Shown in pieces: positions 12,866 to 25,098 of a stretch of DNA of 64,000 bases. A program made the translations under genes and the position numbers. Source of the DNA: Callorhinchus milii (taxonomy: Eukaryota); contig NW_024704743.1 of NCBI RefSeq assembly GCF_018977255.1, positions 46,006,001 to 46,070,000 on the forward strand, read 5' to 3'. The notes beneath the pieces were generated by a model. That model was not told the origin of the DNA. It saw only the letters and a program-made list of their open reading frames with translations, and did not search any database. Positions within the stretch are counted from its first letter, which is position 1, and every line of letters begins with the position of its first letter.

Positions 12866-13942
12866 ATTAAATTGAGGCATTTAAAATAAAGAAAGGAATT
12901 GCCATGTCAAATAGCGGGCAACACTTCCCTCTGGTAGGGGAATCCATTACAAGGGGCCATAGTCTTAAAATTTGAACTAAGACTGTAGGAACTGAGATCA
13001 GGAAGCATTTCTTCAAACAGAGGGTTGTGAATATGTGATAAGGTGTGGAGCCGGAATCAATAGGAATGTTGAAAAGATTGATTTTTAAACATATTTTGGT
13101 CAGCTGGTTGTCTGACACATGCGGAAATCCATAACCACGCTTAAGCGTATCCGAACCAGACTGAGATTTCCGTGCATCTCACCTACGTTTGGAAATCCCA
13201 GAGATAGGGATTAGTTGGAATGGAATGCGCACTCTCCCTGGTGGGACACATCCTGTTTACCTAATTCTGGAAGGTATTAGGGTGCAGGTTGGCAAAAGCC
13301 ATAGCTTGGGAAACCCAGAGTGTGGGTTGGGGTACTGCTGGAGCCTAACCGGCTAACCCGCCATTGATATCGCTATCTGGCAAGTGACTGGTCTGCCCTT
13401 CCAAGTCCTGCCGATGAGCCAGGCTGGGTGTGCTGTCATCAGCAGTGCCCCGGGATACTGCGGACCTACCTTGATCAGGAACCGGACTACCGAGACTCCC
13501 ACAGAGGGCCGGATTGATTCCGACATTCCATTGCTAGGAATGTCACCTTGGAGCCAGTTCAACTCCAAGGAAACCCCGCTTACCTCCCTCCAAGGAGGAA
13601 AGTCACTAATTGGTCCTTCAACATCCGACAAGCACAGGTTTGAGCCCTCACTAGGTGGATGGTAGGTACAAGGAACTCCCTGTGAGCTTTCCGGTGGGCA
13701 ACACAGCTCACCATGAAATGTGTGAGAGTATTGCCACCATCTTCCTGTCCACCGCTCGGGCACACATCCTTCCCATTGAGCAATGGTTCCACCAATTGGA
13801 TATGAGTTTAAGAAACAGCTGCTTGATACGTGAATTGAAAGGTATGCTAAAAGGGCAGGGCACTGAGATTAATAGATCTGTCTGGTGAACAAGCTCAATG
13901 GGGTGAACGTCCTCCTTTGATTGTTGTTTTCCTATGTTTCTA
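12866..13942 (+). mobile_element. CR1 LINE 3' end interrupted by a ~730-bp element (13034-13766)
   Basis: LIEAFKI..FPLVGESITRGHSLKI..RKHFFKQRVVN on the left; FKKQL and a CR1-type tail (..TTCCTATGTTTCTA) on the right. Confidence 0.7.
13034..13766. mobile_element. Unclassified interspersed repeat, possibly a solo LTR (TG...CA ends)
   Basis: Interrupts the CR1; homologous in inverted orientation to 17815-18265. Confidence 0.55.
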
Positions 13943-14188
13943 AATCGAGTATAGCTATCCCAAAATTGTATTTATTCTCTAGTTTGCACCACTAAAGCGG
14001 AGATTGGGGGCACATTGTGGGGTGGACCTCAGCACTCGGGGGCACATTTGGGAATTTCCACAAAAAAAAATTCAACATCAGTAGCAAAGTAGAATTAAAA
14101 TCCTGAGATTTTATCTCCAATGATATTTCGGCACAAGATCTATCCTGACACTGACATTAATGTAAGACCAGCGAAATACTTGTCAACA

Positions 14189-14411
14189 GACAACAACAAC
14201 AACAAGATTCTATTTATAAAGCGCCTTTCATGTCGGGAGGACGTCCCAAAGCGCTGGACAGTTGGGTCATGACCCGAGCGTCAGGGGGGAAATGGTCAGG
14301 GTGAGGGGAGGGAGGGAGGGAGCGAGGAGGGGGGAAATGGTCAGGGGGAGGGGAGGGAGCGAGGAGGGGGTAGAGAGTCGAGAGGGGAGCTGAAGGCACG
14401 GTCAAAGAGAA
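14189..14411 (-). mobile_element. Young L2 3' tail
   Basis: Near-identical to the tails within 50695-51163 and 59995-61008. Confidence 0.9.
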
Positions 14412-15346
14412 GTGACAGACAGTGACACAGACACACACAGTGACACACACACACAATGACACAGACCCAGTTACACAGACACACACAGTGACAGACACAG
14501 TGATACAGACAGACACAGTCACACACAGTGACACAGACAGTGACACAGACACAGTGACACAGTGACAGACAGACACAGTGACACAGACACACACAGTGAC
14601 ACAGACAGTGACACAGACGCAGTTACACCGACACAGTGACAGACACAGTGACACAGACAGTGACACAGACACACACAGTGACACAGACACCAACAGTGAC
14701 ACACAGTGACAGACACAGTGACAGACACAGTGATACACAGTGACACAGTGACAAACACAGTGACAGACACAGTGACAGACACAGTGATACACACAGTGAT
14801 ACACAGTGACACAGTGACAGACACAGTGACACAGACAGTGACACAGACACACACAGTGACACAGACACCAACAGTGACACCCAGTGACAGACACAGTGAC
14901 AGACACAGTGACAGACACAGTGACACCCAGTGACACCCAGTGACAGACACAGTGACAGACACAGTGACAGACACAGTGATACACACAGTGATACACAGTG
15001 ACACAGTGACAGACACAGTGACACAGACAGTGACACAGACACACACAGTGACACAGACACCAACAGTGACACCCAGTGACAGACACAGTGACAGACACAG
15101 TGACAGACACAGTGACACACAGTGACACCCAGTGACAGACACAGTGACAGACACAGTGACACACAGTGACACCCAGTGACAGACACAGTGACAGACACAG
15201 TGACACACAGTGACACACAGTGACACAGTGACACAGTGACAGACACAGTGACACACAGTGACACAGTGACACACAGTGACAGACACAGTGATACACACAG
15301 TGACAGACACAGTGACAGACACAGTGACACACAGTGACACAGTGAC
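14412..15346. repeat. Minisatellite with CACAGTGACA core (about 8-14 bp variants, dominant GACACAGTGACA)
   Basis: Directly visible tandem array between an L2 tail and the AZI2 CpG island. Confidence 0.97.
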
Positions 15347-15760
15347 GGGCTGTGGCTGTCGGGAAGCTCAGGCTCCGGTTGTTGCTGTAACGCGGCCTCC
15401 GCCCCGCGGCCACACTTTGCAGAAGGTGCACAGTGAGGGGGGGGTCCCCTCCCCCTGTGACAGCCCGTCAGTCCCCCTCTCCCCCCCTCTCCCCTCTCCC
15501 TCTCTCTCCCCTCCTCACCTCTCCTCGCGCCGCCACATCCACCCGCGACCGTTGACCAGGAAAAGGCCTCTCGCCGCGACCTTCGACCCGCAACCTCCCA
15601 CCGCGCAGGCGCCGAGCCTCCGCCGCACGTCACGGGGGGGGGCGGGGTCAGAACCTCGCGCGGTGACGCGCCCCCGGCCCCGCCTCCCTTTGTCCCTTTG
15701 ACGCCTGTCAATCACCGCGGCCTGTCAATCAAAACGGGGTGACCCAGTAGATGTCACCAG
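15340..15760 (-). promoter_or_regulatory. CpG-island promoter of AZI2
   Basis: High CpG density; GC box GGGGCGGGG near 15640; CRE/ATF-like CACGTCAC and GGTGACGC; two TGATTGACAG (PBX-PKNOX/MEIS) decamers on the minus strand at 15705-15714 and 15722-15731; CTCF-like CCAGTAGATGTCAC at 15744-15757. Confidence 0.75.
15519..15630 (-). other. AZI2: AZI2 non-coding exon 1 (5' end approximate)
   Basis: CpG-rich unique sequence ending in GAG|GTGAGG donor (GT at 15518-15517), followed by a G-rich intron start; the only such CpG-island exon I see upstream of the acceptor at 6563. Confidence 0.65.
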
Positions 15761-15764
15761 AGCT

Positions 15765-16420
15765 CACAGGAGGACAAGATTGGTGTGTGGATAAAGAAGG
15801 CCCTTCAACCCATCCATCAACACCATCAACCTCACTAACCCCCCCCTCCCCACACACACACACCCTCACAACATCACAGCATCACCCTCTGCTTTAAATG
15901 AGTCCAGTGCACTGGCCTCTACTGGCAACCTGTCCCAGTCATTGGATATATATAATAATAATAATAACCTCCCGGTGTCTTGTCTTGAAATTACCCTTCA
16001 AAACTCCAAATGTATGTCCACTTGTTCTGCTGTCTGGAGACATCCTGAAGTTTTGATCCGGGTTTACTCTTTCAATCCCGTCTAAAGTTTTATATATCTC
16101 CAATGAGGTCTCAACTGAGTTGGATTTCTCTCAAGATGAAGAGCCCTAGCTTATCCAGATGTTGCATACAGCTGATTCCTCTAACACCAGGGATCGTCCT
16201 TGTTGCTCTCCGCTTCCTCTTAAATGCATCTGTAATGTCTGATTCAACCACTGCTTCGGGCAGCAAATTCCACAATCTCACTACTCTTTGCAATGAAATA
16301 GTTCCCCTAACGTCCCTTTTAGATCTCCTTGTTGCTGTTTTATACTTCTATCCCTGGTTATGGACTCCCCAACCAGTGGAAACAACCGATTTATGCTAAT
16401 CTTATCAATTCCTTGCCTTT
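15765..16420 (-). mobile_element. CR1 LINE fragments
   Basis: QRVVRLWNLLPEAVVESDITDAFKRK; LDKLGLFILRE. Confidence 0.75.
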
Positions 16421-17814
16421 CGCATCTTTTAGCATTTAAAATAAGTTGTTTTACGTTTCAGAAAGAAAACAGTAATGAGCTGAGTCTTATCGTGGTTGTT
16501 AAGGAGCAGCTCAATCAATGTTTACCGATATAAAAGCCAAACATCCGAGATAATTGGAAGACAAATGGTGTCTTTATTAAACGATCATTTGACAAGAATG
16601 TTTTGGAAAACAAGTATACTTGTTCTATTAATTTAGACTACAATTTGTTGTTACAAAAATGAATCTGTGGAGATTATTCAGTTAAGTACTTTGTAGCAGA
16701 ATCATGTGTACCAGCACTGTGTACAATTTTTAAAATAAAAATCATAGCGTTTACAATCTCCTACTTGAGTGGAACCCAGTATTTATGATTTAGAAAACAG
16801 AATCCTGATGCAAAAAGATTTGTGTTTTTGCCAATATTTTGCAACAAAAAGAACCTTGCATTTATATAGCGTCCCTCATGCAGAGAGCTTTGCAGCCCTG
16901 CGTCCACTTTTGCATTCAGGTCTGATATGAATGAATGAAAATGCGTATATTTGCCATGCAGATAAACAATGTTCTACTTTGGCTGATGTGAGAAATTGAG
17001 AAATTACAATAGTATCAATGGCATAATCATCTGTGGTATAAAATATGCTTCACTCTCACCACTGACATCTCTTCTTGATGCTGACATCTTGAAAAAGACT
17101 AAATTTACAAAAGCAGTTCATTATAATTGGTATCACTGATAAAGGAGTCATTCTATCCAATGAGTCTGTGAGGTCATTGGCACCAGAGGCCCCAGAGGTA
17201 CCATTGGCATCAATTCATAATGCTGATTGAAGCCAATGCAACAAAGCAAATATTATTTTCAATTGCACAAAAATATTTAAATCTTTAAAATTATAATCCA
17301 ATTATAGTAATTAACTGCATGTGCAGTAGTTTGAAATTGAGAAAAATACTTCACTCAAAGATCATGCTTGTCAGCTAGTTCTGCAATCAAGCTGTCTGTT
17401 CATAATGATAACCTACATTTCCACATCCATGCACATGTGGAGCTCTCAGCAGTTTGGTTTAGAGAGTCTGGTGATGGGTTTCCGCATGTGTCAGAAATGC
17501 AGCTGACCAAAAAGGATTGCAGAGATTCACTGTCAATTGGTATTTACAAACAAATTAGTCTAAAAAGTTTTTAAAAATCTTTTCATTTCTGAAAACACCT
17601 ACATTGATGTGACAAGAAAATAGAGCAAGCTTGAGACTTGAAATTTGAAAGAACTTTAGCTAGACGTCTAGTGGCCATTTCTATTCTGAAAATTAAAACA
17701 AAATTCCAGTTATTATTTTTTTTAAATTGCAATTGTGTATCTTTTTGTTTAATTGCAAATGTGTGTCTTTTTGTTGTTGCTACTTTTTTAGGGAAAAAAT
17801 TATCTAAAAAATGA

Positions 17815-18265
17815 GGTAGTCAGGTTCCTGAGCCCAAGTGAATCTGCAAAACTCCAGGTCACTGCTGGCGATAGCACAGCGGCCTAATTCATCGGCAGGA
17901 CTTGGAAGAGCAGACCAGTACCTGGGTCAGGGACTCTTCCCACTCGTCTCCCCGTTAACCCTACAAGCCAAACCCCTAACAGGTAGGCTGAGCTGAGCTA
18001 AACAAGCAGCGGGAAAACTTGTCAGGCAATGGCCTCAGTGGCAAACCGTGCAGTTTTAACTGGTTAGACTCCAGCAGTACCCCAACGCACACTCTGGGTC
18101 CCCAGGCCTTGGCTCTTGCTAACCTGCACCAAGTCCTTTCTGGAGTTAGGTAAGCAGGATGTGTTTCTCCGGGGAAAACATGTGCACTCCATTCCCAAAA
18201 AAAATCTCTGGAACGTCCATGTATCGGTAGAATGCGTGGCACTCTGGTTTGGTTTGGATGCAAGC
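17815..18265. mobile_element. Inverted partial copy of the 13034-13766 repeat
   Basis: For example ACCCAGAGTGTGGGTTGGGGTACTGCTGGAGCCTAACC (about 13313) versus the reverse complement ACCCAGAGTGTGCGTTGGGGTACTGCTGGAGTCTAACC (about 18062-18099). Confidence 0.75.
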
Positions 18266-18804
18266 AAATAAAAACACGAGTGGCCACTGTTTATTTGAGA
18301 GTATTGGCAATGAGTGTTGGCAGGTCACTCAACAGTAGAGGGTATCATGACCTTGCCTTGCTTCTCCCCCACCAGGCGACCACACACAGCTGGTAGAAAA
18401 CTGAATGGTATCAACACTGCAAGTTTCAATAAAATGAATTGTATGAATTAACAATTAACTTTTGCAATTAATAACAATTAAACTGTGTTGTTTAAATGAG
18501 ATAAGGGAACTTGCGGGTATTGATTCTATAATACAAGGGGCATCAGTCCCAATTATTGATTCGTATCAGTGTCCGAGGGCAGTATATCCAAGTCTGGAAC
18601 CTTGACATTTTGTTTGATCGGCACAAATTGTGAGTATTGGCAATGAGTGCTGGAGGTCACTCAACAGGAGAGGGGATCATATCTCTTCGAGGGCTCTGGT
18701 TATTCTCCTCTCTCTTCATTGACAGCCACAAACCCACAATAAGCAGCTCCACTCCCCCATACACTCCCAACAGCACATATCCACACACACAGCAAGAAAA
18801 GCCC

Positions 18805-21800
18805 TTCACACACACACAGCAATCACCTCCACACACACTCACACACTCACACACAGCAATCACCTCCACACACTCACACACACACACACAGCAATCACCT
18901 CCACACACACTCACACACTCACACAGCAATCACCTCCACACACACTCACACACACACACACACACAGCAATCACCTCCACACACTCACACACACACACAG
19001 CAATCACCTCCACACACACTCACACACACACAGCAATCACCTCCACACACTCACACACACACAGCAATCACCTCCACACACACACACACAGCAATCACCT
19101 CCACACACCACACACACACACACACACAGCAATCACCTCCACACACACTCACACACACAGCAATCACCTCCACACACACTCACACACACACACACACAGC
19201 AATCACCTCCACACACTCACACACACACACACAGCAATCACCTCCACACACTCACACACACACACACACACAGCAATCACCTCCACACACACTCACACAC
19301 ACAGCAATCACCTCCACACACTCACACACACACAGCAATCACCTCCACACACACTCACACACACAGCAATCACCTCCACACACACTCACACACACACACA
19401 CACAGCAATCACCTCCACACACTCACACACACACAGCAATCACCTCCACACACTCACACACACACACAGCAATCACCTCCACACACTCACACACACACAC
19501 AGCAATCACCTCCACACACTCACACACACACACAGCAATCACCTCCACACACTCACACACACAGCACTCACCTCCACACACTCACACACACAGCAATCAC
19601 CTCCACACACTCACACACACACAGCAATCACCTCCACACACACTCACACACACACACACAGCAATCACCTCCACACACTCACACACACACACACACAGCA
19701 ATCACCTCCACACACACTCACACACACACAGCAATCACCTCCACACACACTCACACACACACACAGCAATCACCTCCACACACACTCACACACACACACA
19801 GCAATCACCTCCACACACTCACACACACACATCAACACACACACACACACAGCAATCACCTCCACACACACACACACACACACAGCAATCACCTCCACAC
19901 ACACTCACACACACAGCAATCACCTCCACACACACACACACACACAGCAATCACCTCCACACACTCACACACACACAGCAATCACCTCCACACACACACT
20001 CACACACACACACACAGCAATCACCTCCACACACTCACACACACACAGCAATCACCTCCACACACACTCACACACACACAGCAATCACCTCCACACACAC
20101 TCACACACACACACACACAGCAATCACCTCCACACACACTCACACACACACACACAGCACTCACCTCCACACACTCACACACACACAGCAATCACCTCCA
20201 CACACACACACACACAGCAATCACCTCCACACACACACACACACACACACAGCAATCACCTCCACACACACTCACACACACAGCAATCACCTCCACACAC
20301 ACACACACACACAGCAATCACCTCCACACACTCACACACACACACACAGCAATCACCTCCACACACTCACACACACACACACAGCAATCACCTCCACACA
20401 CTCACACACACACACACACACACACCTCACACACTACACACAGCAATCACCTCCACACACTCACACACACACACACAGCAATCACCTCCACACACTCACA
20501 CACACACACACAGCACTCACCTCCACACACTCACACACACACAGCAATCACCTCCACACACTCACACACACACAGCAATCACCTCCACACACACTCACAC
20601 ACACACACACAGCAATCACCTCCACACACTCACACACACACAGCAATCACCTCCACACACACACTCACACACACACAGCAATCACCTCCACACACTCACA
20701 CACACACAGCAATCACCTCCACACACACTCACACACACAGCAATCACCTCCACACACACTCACACACACACACACACACACACCTCACACACTCACACAC
20801 ACACCAATCACCTCACACACACTCACACACACACAGCAATCACCTCCACACACACACACACACAGCAATCACCTCCACACACTCACACACACACACAGCA
20901 ATCACCTCCACACACACACACACACACACACACACAGCAATCACCTCCACACACACACACACACACACAGCAATCACCTCCACACACACTCACACACACA
21001 CACAGCAATCACCTCCACACACTCACACACACACACAGCAATCACCTCCACACACTCACACACACAGCAATCACCTCCACACACTCACACACACACACAC
21101 AGCAATCACCTCCACACACACACACACACAGCAATCACCTCCACACACTCACACACACACACACACAGCAATCACCTCCACACACACACACACACACAGC
21201 AATCACCTCCACACACTCACACACACAGCAATCACCTCCACACACACACACACACACACACAGCAATCACCTCCACACACACACACACACACAGCAATCA
21301 CCTCCACACACACACACACAGCAATCACCTCCACACACACACACACACACACAGCAATCACCTCCACACACTCACACACACACACAGCACTCACCCACAG
21401 CAACACGCATCACCTCCACACACACACAGCAATCACCTCCACACACTCACACACAACAGCAATCACCTCCACACACATCACACAGCAATCACCTCCACAC
21501 ACAACACACAAGCAATCACCTCCACACACACACACACACACACACAGCAATCACCTCCACACACAGTCACTCCACACACCACACACACAGCAATCACCTC
21601 CACACACTCACACACACACAGCAATCACCTCCACACACACACACTCACACACACACAGCAATCACCTCCACACACTCACACACACACAGTAATCACCTCC
21701 ACACACACACACACACACAGCAATCACCTCCACACACACACCACACAGCAATCACCTCCACACACTCTACACACACACACACAAGCAATCACCTCCACAC

Positions 21801-22208
21801 ACCACACACAGCACACTCACACCTCACACAACAGCAATCACCTCCACACACCACACACACAGCAATCACCTCCACACACATCACACACACACACAGCAAT
21901 CACCCCACTCCACACACACAGCAATCACCTTCACACACACTCACAACACAGCAATCACCTCCACACTCACTCACACACACACAGCAATCACCTCACACAC
22001 TCCACACCACACACACACACACAGCAATCACCTCCACACACCACACACACACACACAGCAATCACCTCCACACACAACACACACACACAGCAATCACCTC
22101 CACACACACTCACACACAACACACACAGCAATCACCTCCACACACACTCACACACACACACACACCACAAATCACCTCCACACACACTCACACACTCACC
22201 TCCACACT
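18805..22208. repeat. Compound satellite CAGCAATCACCTC(CA)n
   Basis: Directly visible; variable CA/CT tract between invariant cores; becomes noisy after about 21390. Confidence 0.97.
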
Positions 22209-22279
22209 GTCGGTCACGTGTCTCGGGGCTGCGCGCGCTGCTCTGGTGCGGCGGGAATTGTCGAGAACCGAAAGTGAGA
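22209..22279 (+). promoter_or_regulatory. Unique CpG islet between two satellites; candidate ZCWPW2 promoter and non-coding exon 1
   Basis: GTCACGTG E-box at 22213-22220, GCGCGCGC, GGCGGGAA E2F-type site at 22250-22257, then AAA|GTGAGA donor at 22274. Confidence 0.6.
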
Positions 22280-22282
22280 CGA

Positions 22283-24184
22283 ACACAGTCACTACACTCC
22301 TCCACAGTCACTACACTCCTCCACAGTCACTACACCTCCTCCACAGTCACTACACCTCCTCCACAGTCACTACACTCCTCCACAGTCACTACACCTCCTC
22401 CACAGTCACTACACCTCCTCCACAGTCACTACACCTCCTCCACAGTCACTACACCTCCTCCACACAGTCACTACACCTCCTCCACAGTCACTACACCCCC
22501 CACACAGTCACTACACCTCCTCACACAGTCACTACACCTCCTCCACAGTCACTACACCTCCCCACAGTCACTACACCTCCCCACACAGTCACTACACCTC
22601 CCCACAGTCACTACACCCCTCCGCACAGTCACTACACCCCCCACAGTCACTACACCTCCCCCACAGTCACTACACCTCCTCACCCACAGTCACTACACCT
22701 CCTCCCACAGTCACTACACCCCCCACAGTCACTACACCTCCTCCACAGTCACTACACCCCCACACAGTCACTACACCTCCTCCACACAGTCACTACACCC
22801 CCCACACAGTCACTACACCTCCCCACAGTCACTACACCCCCCCACAGTCACTACACCTCCTCCACAGTCACTACACCTCCTCCACAGTCACTACACTCCT
22901 CCACAGTCACTACACCTCCTCCACACAGTCACTACACCTCCTCCACACAGTCACTACACCTCCTCCACACAGTCGCTACACCTCCTCCACAGTCACTACA
23001 CCCCTCCACAGTCACTACACCTCCTCCACAGTCACTACACTCCTCCACAGTCACTACACCTCCTCCACACAGTCACTACACCTCCCACACAGTCACTACA
23101 CCCCCCACACAGTCACTACACCCCCCACACAGTCACTACACCTCCTCCACAGTCACTACACCTCCTCCACAGTCACTACACCTCCTCACACAGTCACTAC
23201 ACCTCCTCCACACAGTCACTACACCTCCACACAGTCACTACACCTCCTCCACAGTCACTACACCTCCTCCACACAGTCACTACAGCTCCTCCACAGTCAC
23301 TACACCTCCTCCACAGTCACTACATTCCTCCACAGTCACTACACCTCCTCCACACAGTCACTACACCTCCCCCACACAGTCACTACACCTCCTCCACAGT
23401 CACTACACCTCCTCCACAGTCACTACACCTCCTCCACAGTCACTATACCACCCGCACTCACACACAGTCCACTACACTCTCCCCACACAGTCACTACATC
23501 CTCCCACCCACACACAGTCACTACACCCACCCACACACAGTCACTACAGCCCCACACACAGTCATCACCCCCCTCAACACAGTCACTACACCCCCCCCCA
23601 CACAGTCACTACACTCCCCCCTCACACAGTCACTACACCCCCACACACAGTCACTTCACACCCCCCACAACAGTCACTTATCACCTCCCACACTGTCACT
23701 CACACCCCCTTTACACATCACACGCACACACACATCACTACAACAACACCCTCGCACAACTACACTACACACCCTCACACAGTTACTACACTCACACACC
23801 CTCGCACAGTTACTACACACATCACACACCACACAGTCATCACTCCACACCCTCACACACACTACACAGCAACACCTCACACAGCACTTCACACCCACAC
23901 ACATCACAGCATATCCCTCCCACACTCACACACACCACACTTTACACAGATCACCTACGCACACACACACCACTACAACACACACACCTCCACATTCTAC
24001 TCACACACCCTACACACAGTACTAATCACACACTCGCACATCTACTCACACACCACACAGTTCACACTCCACACACTCCCACACAGTCTATCACTCCACA
24101 CACTCACACATTTACACTACACACACAACACCTCCACACACACACCAATCACACACAGACCCTCAGCACTCCCACATCACTCAC
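22283..24184. repeat. Minisatellite CACAGTCACTACACCTCCTC (about 20 bp), degenerating after about 23450
   Basis: Directly visible tandem array. Confidence 0.95.
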
Positions 24185-25098
24185 ACACACACACACAGCA
24201 ATCACCTCCACACACACTCACACACAGCAATCACCTCCACACACTCACACACACAGCAATCACCTCCACACACACACACACACACACAGCAATCACCTCC
24301 ACACACACACACACACACAGCAATCACCTCCACACACACACACACACAGCAATCACCTCCACACACACTCACACACACACACACAGCAATCACCTCCACA
24401 CACTCACACACACACACAGCAATCACCTCCACACACACACAGCAATCACCTCCACACACTCACACACACAGCAATCACCTCCACACACACTCACACAGCA
24501 ATCACCTCCACACACACACACACACAGCAATCACCTCCACACACACACACACACACACAGCAATCACCTCCACACACACACACACAGCAATCACCTCCAC
24601 ACACTCACACACACACACAGCAATCACCTCCACAACTACTCACACACACACAGCAATCACCTCCCACACACACACACACAGCAATCACCTCCACACACAC
24701 ACAACACACAGCAATCACCTCCACACATCACACACACAGCAATCACCTCCACACACACTCTCACACACACACACACAGCAATCACCTCCACACACTCACA
24801 CACAGCAATCACCTCCACACACTCACACACACACACACACACACAGCAATCACCTCCACACACACACAGCAATCACCTCCACACACACTCACACACACAC
24901 ACAGCAATCACCTCCACACTCTCACACACACACAGCAATCACCTCCACACACACTCACACACACACACAGCAATCACCTCCACACTCTCACACACACACA
25001 GCAATCACCTCCACACACTCACACACACACACAGCAATCACCTCCACACACTCTCACACACACACACAGCAATCACCTCCACACACTCACACACACAA
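24185..25098. repeat. Second block of CAGCAATCACCTC(CA)n satellite
   Basis: Same unit as 18805-22208. Confidence 0.95.

Noticed and set aside
14214..15711. Cys/His/Val-rich ORFs resembling metal-binding proteins
   Set aside because: All three minus frames are open over the CACAGTGACA repeat; simple-repeat artefact.
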